From the NCBI RefSeq assembly GCF_964204645.1, contig NC_134026.1:23284150-23348149 (forward strand): DNA of 64,000 nt, read 5' to 3'. Under the pieces are notes generated by a model that worked only from the letters and a program-made list of their open reading frames with translations, ran no database searches and was not told the DNA's origin. This stretch comes from Tubulanus polymorphus (Eukaryota > Animalia > Nemertea). A program made the translations under genes and the position numbers. This document shows, one piece after another, positions 50,745-61,091 of the stretch (its first letter is position 1; every line of letters starts with the position of its first letter).

Positions 50745-53700
50745 ATGAGGTGATTATTAAAGATGGCGAGGATATTTTTCTACATATGTAATTTAAGTTC
50801 ATTTGAAGTTCGTTATCAGGTTATGGTGCAATATTTTAGCGTAAAAATCTTGACGGTCGTACTAAGTATCGAGCGAAACAGTCGAGTATGTGCAGTGTAT
50901 TGACAAGCGTGTAATTTTTCAATTGTTTCTAGCGTGGCGGAGGAAGGGAAACGATTGCTGACTCAGTTGAAAAGTGAGGATGGTGAAGTTCTAGGTGCTC
51001 CTTTTGATTTGCCCGTCGACATTACAACAGAAAAACTTCAACTGATTTGTAATGCATTACTACAGAAAGTAGGTTTTAACTGGTGCTCACTCCGCCACTT
51101 ACTTAACAACTTGAGATAATGACGATGATGATGATGATGATATTCTCCAAAATTTCTTTTTTCAAGGAGGAGCCATGTCCTTATTCTTTTTTTGTTGATG
51201 AGAAAGAAATCACCACAACTCTAGAGGGCTGTTTGGATAAAGACACTTTAGAAAGCTCGGAAAAAGTTGTTGAAATCATATATCAGCCAGAAGCTGTATT
51301 CAAAGTCAGAGCAGTTACAAGATGTACTAGTACAATAGAAGGCCATGCTGAAGCTGTCATATCTGTTGCATTTAGTCCTTCAGGAAGGTTAGTGTCAGAT
51401 GGTATGTCTCTATAGAGACTTAGGATTTTCTGTCCATTCAACAGAAAAGCCTTGAACTTGAAAAACTTGAACTTAAAAGTGTTAATAAAAATGTGAAGGG
51501 TGCGGCTATGCTGAAACCAGTTATCACTGCTTTGCAGCTATATTTGAATATTGAACTGCTCATAGATGATTTTTGTATTTATTTTTATGTTCAGTTATTT
51601 GGCAAGTGGTTCCGGTGATACGACTGTCAGATTTTGGGATGTTAATACAGAAACTCCACATCATACTTGTAAAGGTATGACTGCATCACAATCATACAAC
51701 ACAGATTTAAATCGAAATGTGATCTATATTTATGATGGGTGGATCATTTAATGTGATCTCTTTTATTTCCATTCCAGGGCATAAAAACTGGATTCTGTGT
51801 ATAGCCTGGTCTCCAGATGGAAACAAATTAGCATCCGGGTGCAAAAGTAGTCAAGTAAATCAATAAATTTGTCTACATGTATCTTCAATATGTTTCTATA
51901 ATAATTGAACTAGGAATAGGAAAATAGGAATGTTAGAATTGCCTCCTCTTTTAAATCCATGTGTAGGTTGTTTGTTATAAGTCATTTCTTTTGCGGTGTT
52001 CTTATGTTACAGTTCACATTTTTATTTGTTGTTCACTTATTATATTCTCGTCTTCCACCATAATCATTGAATGATTCTCTACCAAAAAGATCTTTAATTG
52101 AATTATTGTGAACCTCTCAATATACAGTTTGTACAGCGCTAACTGATGTTTTATGATATTCAGATATGTATTTGGGATCCAGTAACAGGAAAGCAAATTG
52201 GTAAAACACTCACCGGACATAGACAATGGATAACCTGGCTTTCATGGAAACCTTTACACTTGTAAGCATGCTCAAAATATTTCTAATTCTGATATTTGTA
52301 ATAACGCTGTGTTCTTTATTCTTATATATATGAAAAGAGAAGTTTTATGAATGGGCTTTTGTCTTGTTTTCTTCATTTTAGAGATCCTTCCTGTAGATAT
52401 GTTGCCAGCTCATCGAAGGTCTGTTTCGCTTTGAATACATGTAGTTATGAGTCTCATTGTATAATCAAATAATGATGTATCAATTTTACTTTGTAGGACT
52501 GCACTATACGGGTGTGGGATGTAGTATTAGGACAGTGTCAAGTGGTACTGTCTGGTCATCTACAAAGTGTAACCTGCATCAAATGGGGAGGATCAAATTT
52601 ATTATATACGTCATCACAAGACAGAACTGTTAAAGTTTGGAGACCAGAAGATGTAAGTTTGATGCTCAGTTACTAAAGAGATACCCGTATTTGATTTTGT
52701 TTATGAAGTGAACAGGGAAGTTTCTCTTGATAATAGGGAGTATTGTGTCGGACGTTACAAGGACATGGGCATTGGGTAAACACTCTGGCTTTAAGTACAG
52801 ACTATGTTCTACGGACTGGTGCATATGATCCCGCAAAAGCTGTGATAACGCCACAACCAGTCAGTGGCAAAGGTAGATTTTCCTTTGATAATTGATTAAA
52901 GCCAAATTATTTGCTGAATACTCTGACAAGTTTTATTGAATTTCAAATATTACATATATTGCAACACACATTCATTGTATCAAGAAAAGAAAAGAATATG
53001 ATATCTGACAAGAGAATACTACACTGAATCTAGTTGATATCTAAAATCTGAATTAATTCACTACCTCAACTAATGAAATATACAATACAGACGTGTTCAC
53101 ATACGTCATGTATATTGAGTATTCGATGTACTGATTTGGATTAAATCTATTCTTAATTAAGTTGATTATTTATTTCTAAACATCTCTAGAGCACTGTGTG
53201 TACAATTTACATATCGAGGCAGAATATCTATCTACAAAGCAACTAATGATACCTGAATTCATTTAAATGCTAGGAAACCTGAGCTGTAGGTAGTATCGTG
53301 AGCTACGTCATGTGTTTATGCCATTATTATCACATTTTGCTCTAATTATATATAACTGCTTGAAGCAACTGATAAAAATGTGGTTTCATTTGCCGAATTT
53401 GATTTACATAATTGCTGAACTGCACTGGGCTGTATTTACACATAAGGCGGTAAATGTTGATTTTTTAGTTATTTTATCTAGCAATGCATGCCTAAATTAC
53501 CCTCATAAATTGGGCTTAGATACCCTGTTGGTAGACAGCCCCTGTGCCCGGTTTTCCAATAAAACTTTGAATCTACCAGGTCTTCGTCTTCAATGTATAG
53601 ATGATATTTTCCTCCAGTGAATTTAAGAGGGTCGTCAGTTGTCGGGTACAACTTTTCTTTAAAGTAATGTACTCTACCGAAGGTATCAAATACACCAGGA

Positions 53701-56700
53701 GCAGTTATATTTTTTTCATCTAATATGCGACATGGTCTGCCAGCGGTTATGTTTTTGTAGATACTTGAATACTTTATGTTCCCCAAGCGCTGTCCAATTG
53801 TTGGTGGTGTAAAGAGAAACTTCATTTTCAGTCCTTCAGATGTGAGTGTTTCATTACATTTTTGCTGTTTAGTTGTAACGCAAGAGGTTAGATTTCTGTA
53901 GTAGCAAAACTCTTTTTCAGTTACTAGTGTATGTTGTTTAAGATAGACGTATTCCTGATCCTTAATTCTTTTGTACGAAAAGGTGACAAAGATTCCATAC
54001 TTTCCAACATCATATGTCTGCATAATTGTAGCCATCTTTATCCAAGCATTCTTTTGGGTTAGATGTCCAGTTATATTTTGACAGCTCTGTGTGTATTTAG
54101 GATGATTCAGGAATATACCAACGTCGTCGAAATATTTATTAAAATCGGTCGTTTCAGCGAGGTTCAACTTTTTCAGTTCATATTGGCCATTTTTTGTCGG
54201 TTCTAAATGAATGCACAAGAAGATGATGAGACCGCCGCACATCATTACGATAATGATTAAAGCAATCAACAAGCGAACGAGTTTCATTTGGAGAGCTTTC
54301 ACCTCTTCCTTTACTAGTGACCGCATCTGACGAACAACCATGACCAAAGAAATGAGAAAACCGTTGACGAAAAGCAGTGTGGCTCGGATGAATTGTACTC
54401 GACTAATGGCAATTTCTTGGCATGTGCAGATAAGGACATATATGATAACTTCAGGTACCCCATGGATTATTAGAACAGCAAGTGTTGCAATATCGCAGTT
54501 GATGAAACAGTTGCCGTATAATTCATCGCGCGCTGTATTCATAATGATCAACATAGTTGTAAATACACCGATAATGCAGAACGTTAGAAAGGCATTCACG
54601 ATCTCCGATGGAAATGGCCCGAAAATGATTTCTCGTTTCATCGATGTGAGATCATAGTAAAACATCCAGTTCAATGTAAAATCGCTCATATAGGCAACTA
54701 ACGTCATCAGAAAAACAATGATGTTCAACGTTTTCTTTGTGCCGGACCGATGCGGACAGTCAGGTTCATGAAGTTGGTCATCGTCGACGAGTTGAGATTT
54801 TTCGTTACCAGCGATTCTTTCAGTAAGTTCATGTTCATCTTTTGCTGCCATAGTTTTCTCTTTTCTCTAGATACACTGCATTCATTGTAATTCTACTTCA
54901 TCGGCATTAGATTCTTAATTTTCTTTGCTTCATCTTTTTCTTCCTACGTATTGAAATTCACTCGATCTACTTAAATCTTTCAATCAAATTATAGTATAGA
55001 TTAGTGTCTGACATATCTCTACTTACCAGTTCAGGGTGTCGATGTACTGGAAGTGGTACAGCTGTACAGAATTCTTATGCCAAAGACTGCAGTATAATCA
55101 GCAAAAAATACATCAATCATCTCTGTTCTTGATGCACAGATGTTGCCATCTGGTACTAAAACCTGAAGGCTTTATTAGCAGTTCAGATGACATGCGGATT
55201 ATTGATTTCGTCAGAATTAGAAATGCTTCAACAGGATACTGTATCTAATTTTCTTTTATTGAATAGCTAATGAAAGTGCTTAGACAACATTGACCCAAAA
55301 ATATGATAAAAATTTAATTCTATCCGTATAAGAACATTTTGTGACCATTAGCATCTTAATCCTAAATCTTGTACATATTGTGGCTCTAAATATCCAGTTG
55401 GAAAACACTTCATGTGGCCAGTTCTCCACGCCCATTTTGCATCCATCATGTCCTTCTCTGTGTACAACCTTAGATTCCTTGAGTTATCAATAGCTTTTAA
55501 CGGAGACAATAAATCAGATATATTGAACTCTCTGAAATAATGCAATTTGCCAAATTCATCCCGTGCTCCTGTAGCATATCTGTAAGTGAAACACGTCCCG
55601 TTGTCCTTATTATGCATAAGCATCGCATCAAAATAAATGTCCCCTAAGCGCACGTAGTCTTTAGCTTGGATGAACTGAAATTTATACGTATATATGGATG
55701 CTGTTGGGCTGAGGTGGTAACTAGTTTGACAGTTTACCAGTGTTTGAAACGAGCAAGTTGTCCTGATGTCGCGCATGTAACAGAATTCCAGCGTTTCAAT
55801 GATCGATGATGTATTCACGTATATGTATTCGGTATTTTCGAATTGATTATGTATGTACGTAGTTGTTACTCCGTATATACCAACGCTTCTCACATCGGAT
55901 ATGGTCGCCAATTTCAGCCAGCTGTTTGTCAAATTTGGACAACCGATGCCGAATGATGGATGTTTGAGGAATATACCAATGTTCGTAAAATATCTGTTGA
56001 ATTGTGTGCTGTTTTTCTGAAGTGTTTTCAGTTTAACTTCTCCGTTTGGAGTTGGTTCGAGGTGAGTAAGCAGAAATATCAGTATTCCACCAGTCATAAG
56101 AAGCATTACACCCATCGACAGGAAAATGTGCACGAACCGTTTTAGCCAAGACTGTATCTTGCCATTGATTTCCGCGCGTACAAATCTGGTCACAGCGATA
56201 ACATTCAAAAACACACTGTTAAACAGTAAAAGCAAGGCACGGTAAAACTGAATGCGAGTGATTTCAACTTCTTGGCACGAAGCAATTATTACATAGAGAA
56301 TCATCTGAGGAATCGACGAACACGTGATCGCGATGAGGTTCACAAGGTCGACATCTAGCAGCGGCTTCCGGTAGATTTCACCTTTTGTCACGTTGTACAT
56401 AACGAGAATACTCGTAAATATCCCAATGATGCAAAAGGCGAGAAAACTGTTCACGATTCTCTCGTCGACTGGTCCGAATACGAGTCCGCGTTCGACATTT
56501 AACAACTGAAAGTACATGGCCCAATCAAGAATCATATCGCTAATGATCCAGACCATTGTCAGTAAAAAGATTGTCGTTCGTAATATCGGACGCTTCCAAA
56601 ATAAATCATCATGCTCCGGTCTATCCATGAGTTTAACTTCTCATCTACAGGCAAAAAACAGTGTCAAAACCTCAGCTTTGTTCTGTATGACTAGCTCTCC

Positions 56701-58691
56701 ATGTCCTTTGGCTTTAGCGATTTTTTCTGTTTTGCTGCGTTCTTTATTTCGACCTATAATTTACTCGTCATGTGTGTCAGCTAAACTATCGAGTTCATCT
56801 TTATAATACAAAAATGATTTTTCGTGATCATTGTCTCAATATTAAATGTCTGACACCTGTTGCTTCGACCAACTGTTAATCATTCAAATAAAAACGATCA
56901 AAAGCTGATGTCTACTTTGCATATACAAAGAGTATATCACTGTACCTTTCATATTTCTATTCTATTTTTACATGAAATTTTCCATGGAAGAAACTACTAG
57001 TTACACATATCTTATTTATGTTTGGCGATGAAAAGAAAGAAACCTCATTTTGACATTGCTTATGTTCACAAATTTACTGAATCTTATTCTCTTACTTAAG
57101 ATTTGTGAAGGATTATATTATGTTTTTGTTAGCCTTTCATCAGATAGAAAAAGTCTTGCTCAATATGGTGACTATTGATGTAATATGAACCTTTGTATGT
57201 TTGATATTGTTGATTTAGGGAATTTCATGCAGCAGAGAAAGTGGTTCAGTTGTCTTAAATAAACAAATATATACAAATGCATGTACCGGTATACCAATAT
57301 CACTTAAACTTTTCTGACCTTGTTGTCATCTATGTCACATATGACATTTGTAGTCTGTTATCAAATTAAGTCCAAGTTAAATATATGATATGAATGTTAT
57401 ACAAGAAAGAAGGAATAGGTTTACTTAACTTCTTATTCACAATAGTGAAACATTTTCATTTGTTTTATCTCAACAGGTGAAGAACTTAAGAGTAAAGCCC
57501 TTGAAAGATATAATAATGCCATAGTAAGTTATGCCTATGATCCGAAATTCATAAATCTTTGATTTATGATCGTATGTAATATATGTACAAATATAGTTAG
57601 TTTTTCTTAGTGATGTCATAATCAAAATAAAAAAATGGAAATGTTTATCAGAAAAAAATATTATGACATCCGTAGAAATATGATAACTCTATAAATAATG
57701 TATTGATGCCATGAAAAACTAGATTATCAAATGATATTGTGGTTAATGACTGCTATGTCTAAATGGATTCTTCAATTCATTTCAGGGTTCTCATCCAGAA
57801 TACTTGGTGTCAGGATCAGATGACTTCACATTGTTCTTATGGCAGCCGGCTGTAGATAAGAAATCCATTGCACGTATGACTGGTCATCAGCAGTTAATCA
57901 ACGAAGTTCTATTTTCACCAGATACTCGTCTGATTGCAAGCGCTTCATTCGATAAATCAATAAAAATCTGGGATGGTAGAACTGGAAAGTATGTTAGCTT
58001 TATTAGTTACATGATTACAGAAATATTGTTCCCTCCATCTCAGATTACTTATTATTACTTTTGTATTTAGATATCTGTCATCATTACGAGGACATGTGAG
58101 TCGTGTTTACCAGGTTGCTTGGTCGGCTGACAGTCGACTTCTATGTAGTGGCAGTTCAGACTCGACACTGAAAGTCTGGGATATGAAAAAGTTCAAAATA
58201 CTTCAAGATCTACCAGGTCACGCTGATGAGGTATGACATAATTCACAGGCATACTTGATTAGAGCAGAATCTCATTTGAATCATAGATTGAACTTTTATT
58301 AAGGTTTACTTACGCTATATTGCATGAAAATTTGCATGAATGACTTTAGGATCTCGAATTAGAATATCTATGTACACTATTTTATATACATAAAAACATA
58401 CAAAAGATTATTCATTTAATAAATATGTTGAATTGACCGCTTACATCAGGAAAGTATTATGAATATTGCTCTTTCTTTGAAATATGCAAAATCATTTCCA
58501 AATGGAATTGTGCCTTGCAGGTTTATGCAGTTGATTGGAGTCCAGATGGTCAGAGAGTGGCTAGTGGGGGAAAGGATAAAGTTCTCAAAATGTAAGTTAT
58601 TGTTCCTATGATTAGTCATTTAAGATGGATTTCATGATACATGTATTTCAAATACGCTCTTCCATTTTCTTGTTTCAGATGGCGTAAATAA
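50745..58691 (+). CDS. NLE1: Notchless homolog 1 (NLE domain + WD40); probable 5-nt first coding exon ATGAG; large intron ~52873-57476
   Basis: [142 protein letters not shown]. The start position is less certain than the rest. Confidence 0.95.
53478..54851 (-). CDS. Uncharacterised ~5-TM protein with a C-terminal Cys-containing ectodomain, paralog A (457 aa), nested in an NLE1 intron
   Basis: Uninterrupted ORF with about five hydrophobic segments and NxS/T sequons in the C-half. Shares FGP, CQE-x-x-I, KYF-x-x-x-G-I-F-L-x-HP, FG-x-x-HYF and W-x-TG-x3-C-x-PTG with its paralogs. Confidence 0.88.
   Translation of the reverse strand: MAAKDEHELTERIAGNEKSQLVDDDQLHEPDCPHRSGTKKTLNIIVFLMTLVAYMSDFTLNWMFYYDLTSMKREIIFGPFPSEIVNAFLTFCIIGVFTTMLIIMNTARDELYGNCFINCDIATLAVLIIHGVPEVIIYVLICTCQEIAISRVQFIRATLLFVNGFLISLVMVVRQMRSLVKEEVKALQMKLVRLLIALIIIVMMCGGLIIFLCIHLEPTKNGQYELKKLNLAETTDFNKYFDDVGIFLNHPKYTQSCQNITGHLTQKNAWIKMATIMQTYDVGKYGIFVTFSYKRIKDQEYVYLKQHTLVTEKEFCYYRNLTSCVTTKQQKCNETLTSEGLKMKFLFTPPTIGQRLGNIKYSSIYKNITAGRPCRILDEKNITAPGVFDTFGRVHYFKEKLYPTTDDPLKFTGGKYHLYIEDEDLVDSKFYWKTGHRGCLPTGYLSPIYEGNLGMHC
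55348..56628 (-). CDS. Uncharacterised ~5-TM protein with ectodomain, paralog B (426 aa), nested in an NLE1 intron
   Basis: Uninterrupted ORF with [48 protein letters not shown] and [12 protein letters not shown]. Minus-strand AATAAA at ~55255-55260. Confidence 0.88.
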   Translation of the reverse strand: MDRPEHDDLFWKRPILRTTIFLLTMVWIISDMILDWAMYFQLLNVERGLVFGPVDERIVNSFLAFCIIGIFTSILVMYNVTKGEIYRKPLLDVDLVNLIAITCSSIPQMILYVIIASCQEVEITRIQFYRALLLLFNSVFLNVIAVTRFVRAEINGKIQSWLKRFVHIFLSMGVMLLMTGGILIFLLTHLEPTPNGEVKLKTLQKNSTQFNRYFTNIGIFLKHPSFGIGCPNLTNSWLKLATISDVRSVGIYGVTTTYIHNQFENTEYIYVNTSSIIETLEFCYMRDIRTTCSFQTLVNCQTSYHLSPTASIYTYKFQFIQAKDYVRLGDIYFDAMLMHNKDNGTCFTYRYATGARDEFGKLHYFREFNISDLLSPLKAIDNSRNLRLYTEKDMMDAKWAWRTGHMKCFPTGYLEPQYVQDLGLRC

Positions 58692-58813
58692 TCTGCAATG
58701 AAGGCATTATCCAATTCATTTGTAAAATATGAAGTAAAATATGTTTTAAATACAGTTAATGAAATTTTCTTCTTCGTGAGGTCGTTTTATTCTGACAATG
58801 ACCTGAACAGTTT

Positions 58814-60334
58814 TTAACACTGATAATTTTCAATTTCTGATTGAGCCAATTTTGGCTCTTTCAGTCCTGTAGTTTCACATTCCCAAAACCCAGTCCTCCA
58901 AATTTGTCCCACATCAGTAAGTTCTGCTTGCTGGTAATAAAAAACTGTGGATGCATTGACTTGCAATGTAGTTTCTCCATATTCAGTATAGTAATATCGC
59001 ATCCAGCCGAATTCCTGTGATGGAAATTGAACATCAGCACAAGCTAATGGACCAGAATTGATGCTCATTATTTGTGTTGCTTTAGCGAAGTACTCTATAT
59101 TGCCCAAAGTAAGAAACAAATGTGGTGGAACAAAATTCAAATATATCAGTATGTTAGTAAAAGAGCTACTATTCCAAATTTGAAGCTGGCATCCTGGGTC
59201 AGGAACAACAGAACAATTTGAAATGTTTTTGATGTAACAGCTTTGGTTTATCATATTTCGAAATGGCCTTTCCAAGTAGAAAAACTGGTTATCGCTGACT
59301 GTCAGATAGCTGTACTGAAGTTTCATGAATTTCTTAGAATAAGCTCGATTTTCCATGATATTGTAAAGTGAATCTAGTTGAATTAAGAATGTTGGATTGC
59401 TAGGTTTTGTGCAGCCATCTTTGAAGGATGGGTGGCTGTAGAATAAAGATACATTGTTGAAATATTTGCTTGTCTCATGGTCACCACTTAGAATTCCAGC
59501 TGGTATCCTGAATTCAAATTCGAACGAACTGAAGTTGACAATCACATGGGTAGTGAAAAAGAATGTACATACTGAGCAAATCAATGTAACCAGTAATCCC
59601 AACACTATGAAAGTGCGAATACACTTAAAGGAATGTTTAAATTTCTTCCTTTCTTTTTTCATCTGGGCATCCTGAATACAGTATTGAATACTAGTAATCA
59701 ATACCCTTAGAAGAATCGTTACTATTGGTACAAGTGCTTTAACCAATTGGACATAAGTAATTGCCACTTCATGACAAGCTGTTATTGCCGTCATGATAAC
59801 CATTTGTGGTACATCCTCTATCCAGATAGTGATAAGTCCAGCTATATCCGGATGTATCCATGATTTGTTAGTGTTATATTTCCTCACGAAGTTCACCAGC
59901 TCAATAAGAAATGAAACTGTCCCCGCACAGTTAACTATCAATAGCGCCAGCACAAAATAGCTTTCAACTGGTCCATACACCAGACCTGCTTCTTGGCTCC
60001 AAACCTGGTATAAGTATACCCAATCTAAGATGAACTCGATGAAAAGAAATAAACATGTAGCAAAAAAGATTGTCCTCCGAAACCATAATTTCTTCTCTAG
60101 TTTACGTATGCATGGACAGATGGCATTGTCCACTAAATCTGGTTCCTCTGGATCTACAATTTGGAATTCGTTATTTGGTAGAGTGAGTGTAGAGCCTGTC
60201 TGTGATTGTGGAACCTTTGCCTCATTTGAGTCGTCGTTTGAAGTGGATTTCCCAATGTGAGATAAATCATCATCAGGTATTGGCTCTTCTGTAATTTCAT
60301 CATTTGACTCATCATGTTTAGTATTCTCCGTCAT
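58814..60334 (-). CDS. Uncharacterised ~5-TM protein with ectodomain, paralog C (506 aa), tail-to-tail with NLE1
   Basis: Uninterrupted ORF with an acidic N-tail, EFILDW, GLVYGP, WIEDVPQMVI, CHEVAIT, KYFNNVSLFYSHP, FGWMRYY and WRTGFWECETTG. Confidence 0.9.
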   Translation of the reverse strand: MTENTKHDESNDEITEEPIPDDDLSHIGKSTSNDDSNEAKVPQSQTGSTLTLPNNEFQIVDPEEPDLVDNAICPCIRKLEKKLWFRRTIFFATCLFLFIEFILDWVYLYQVWSQEAGLVYGPVESYFVLALLIVNCAGTVSFLIELVNFVRKYNTNKSWIHPDIAGLITIWIEDVPQMVIMTAITACHEVAITYVQLVKALVPIVTILLRVLITSIQYCIQDAQMKKERKKFKHSFKCIRTFIVLGLLVTLICSVCTFFFTTHVIVNFSSFEFEFRIPAGILSGDHETSKYFNNVSLFYSHPSFKDGCTKPSNPTFLIQLDSLYNIMENRAYSKKFMKLQYSYLTVSDNQFFYLERPFRNMINQSCYIKNISNCSVVPDPGCQLQIWNSSSFTNILIYLNFVPPHLFLTLGNIEYFAKATQIMSINSGPLACADVQFPSQEFGWMRYYYTEYGETTLQVNASTVFYYQQAELTDVGQIWRTGFWECETTGLKEPKLAQSEIENYQC

Positions 60335-60442
60335 CTCTATCTATCTATAGATCAGTATGCTGTGAGTAATGTGATGTTTATTGACGCTTTTCAATATCCT
60401 ATAAACAAAGTAGCTTTTTATATAAAAGTATTGAGGAAAACA

Positions 60443-60618
60443 CAGTAAACCTCACCTCACTTGGACAAACTGGGACTGGCAAAATTGGTCCGAGATAAGT
60501 GAAGTCCTAGTTAAAGGATAGGAAAATATGTTAGGTCAGCAAAATGATTTTGTTTTGATTTTGTCCAAGTTAGTCTAAGGTCAAAGCTGGCTACGTCGGA
60601 CTAAGGTGAGGTTTGCTA
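60443..60618. mobile_element. pogo/Tigger-like MITE upstream of paralog C
   Basis: Imperfect TIRs CAGTAAACCTCACCTCACTTGGAC ... GTCGGACTAAGGTGAGGTTTGCTA, followed by TA. Confidence 0.6.
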
Positions 60619-61091
60619 TATATACGTAACCCCCGTGTTAAAACTTACCGCCTTACTTTATACATACCTCTGGTGGTCATGACTTCACGACATCAAATAA
60701 ATTCACCTTTTGAATACGTAAGCACTTGGCCCTCATATCACTGATTAAACAAGGTTATCAAATGCCAACGAGTTTGACACACTTTTAAGGAGATCATATA
60801 AATAAGTCGGTCTTAATGAGAGGTTTTTGGGAGGTGTGATATATTTTACTTTCAGGGCGTTTCAAAATTCTAGGACAATAAGTCCAACAACGAGAGCTGT
60901 CGTTAAGGATGTCAGCACATCTTGTTTCTTTTGAATATCCAATATTTTATTTTAAGCCATGTCTGGGTTAAATAATCGAATCTCATATTAGGAGAAATGA
61001 ACCTTAAAAGAATGCACTTTATTTGTAGTAAGAGAATCCACCCTTTAAGTCAAAAAGACATAAAATTAATTTTACGAAAATCCACAATGAT

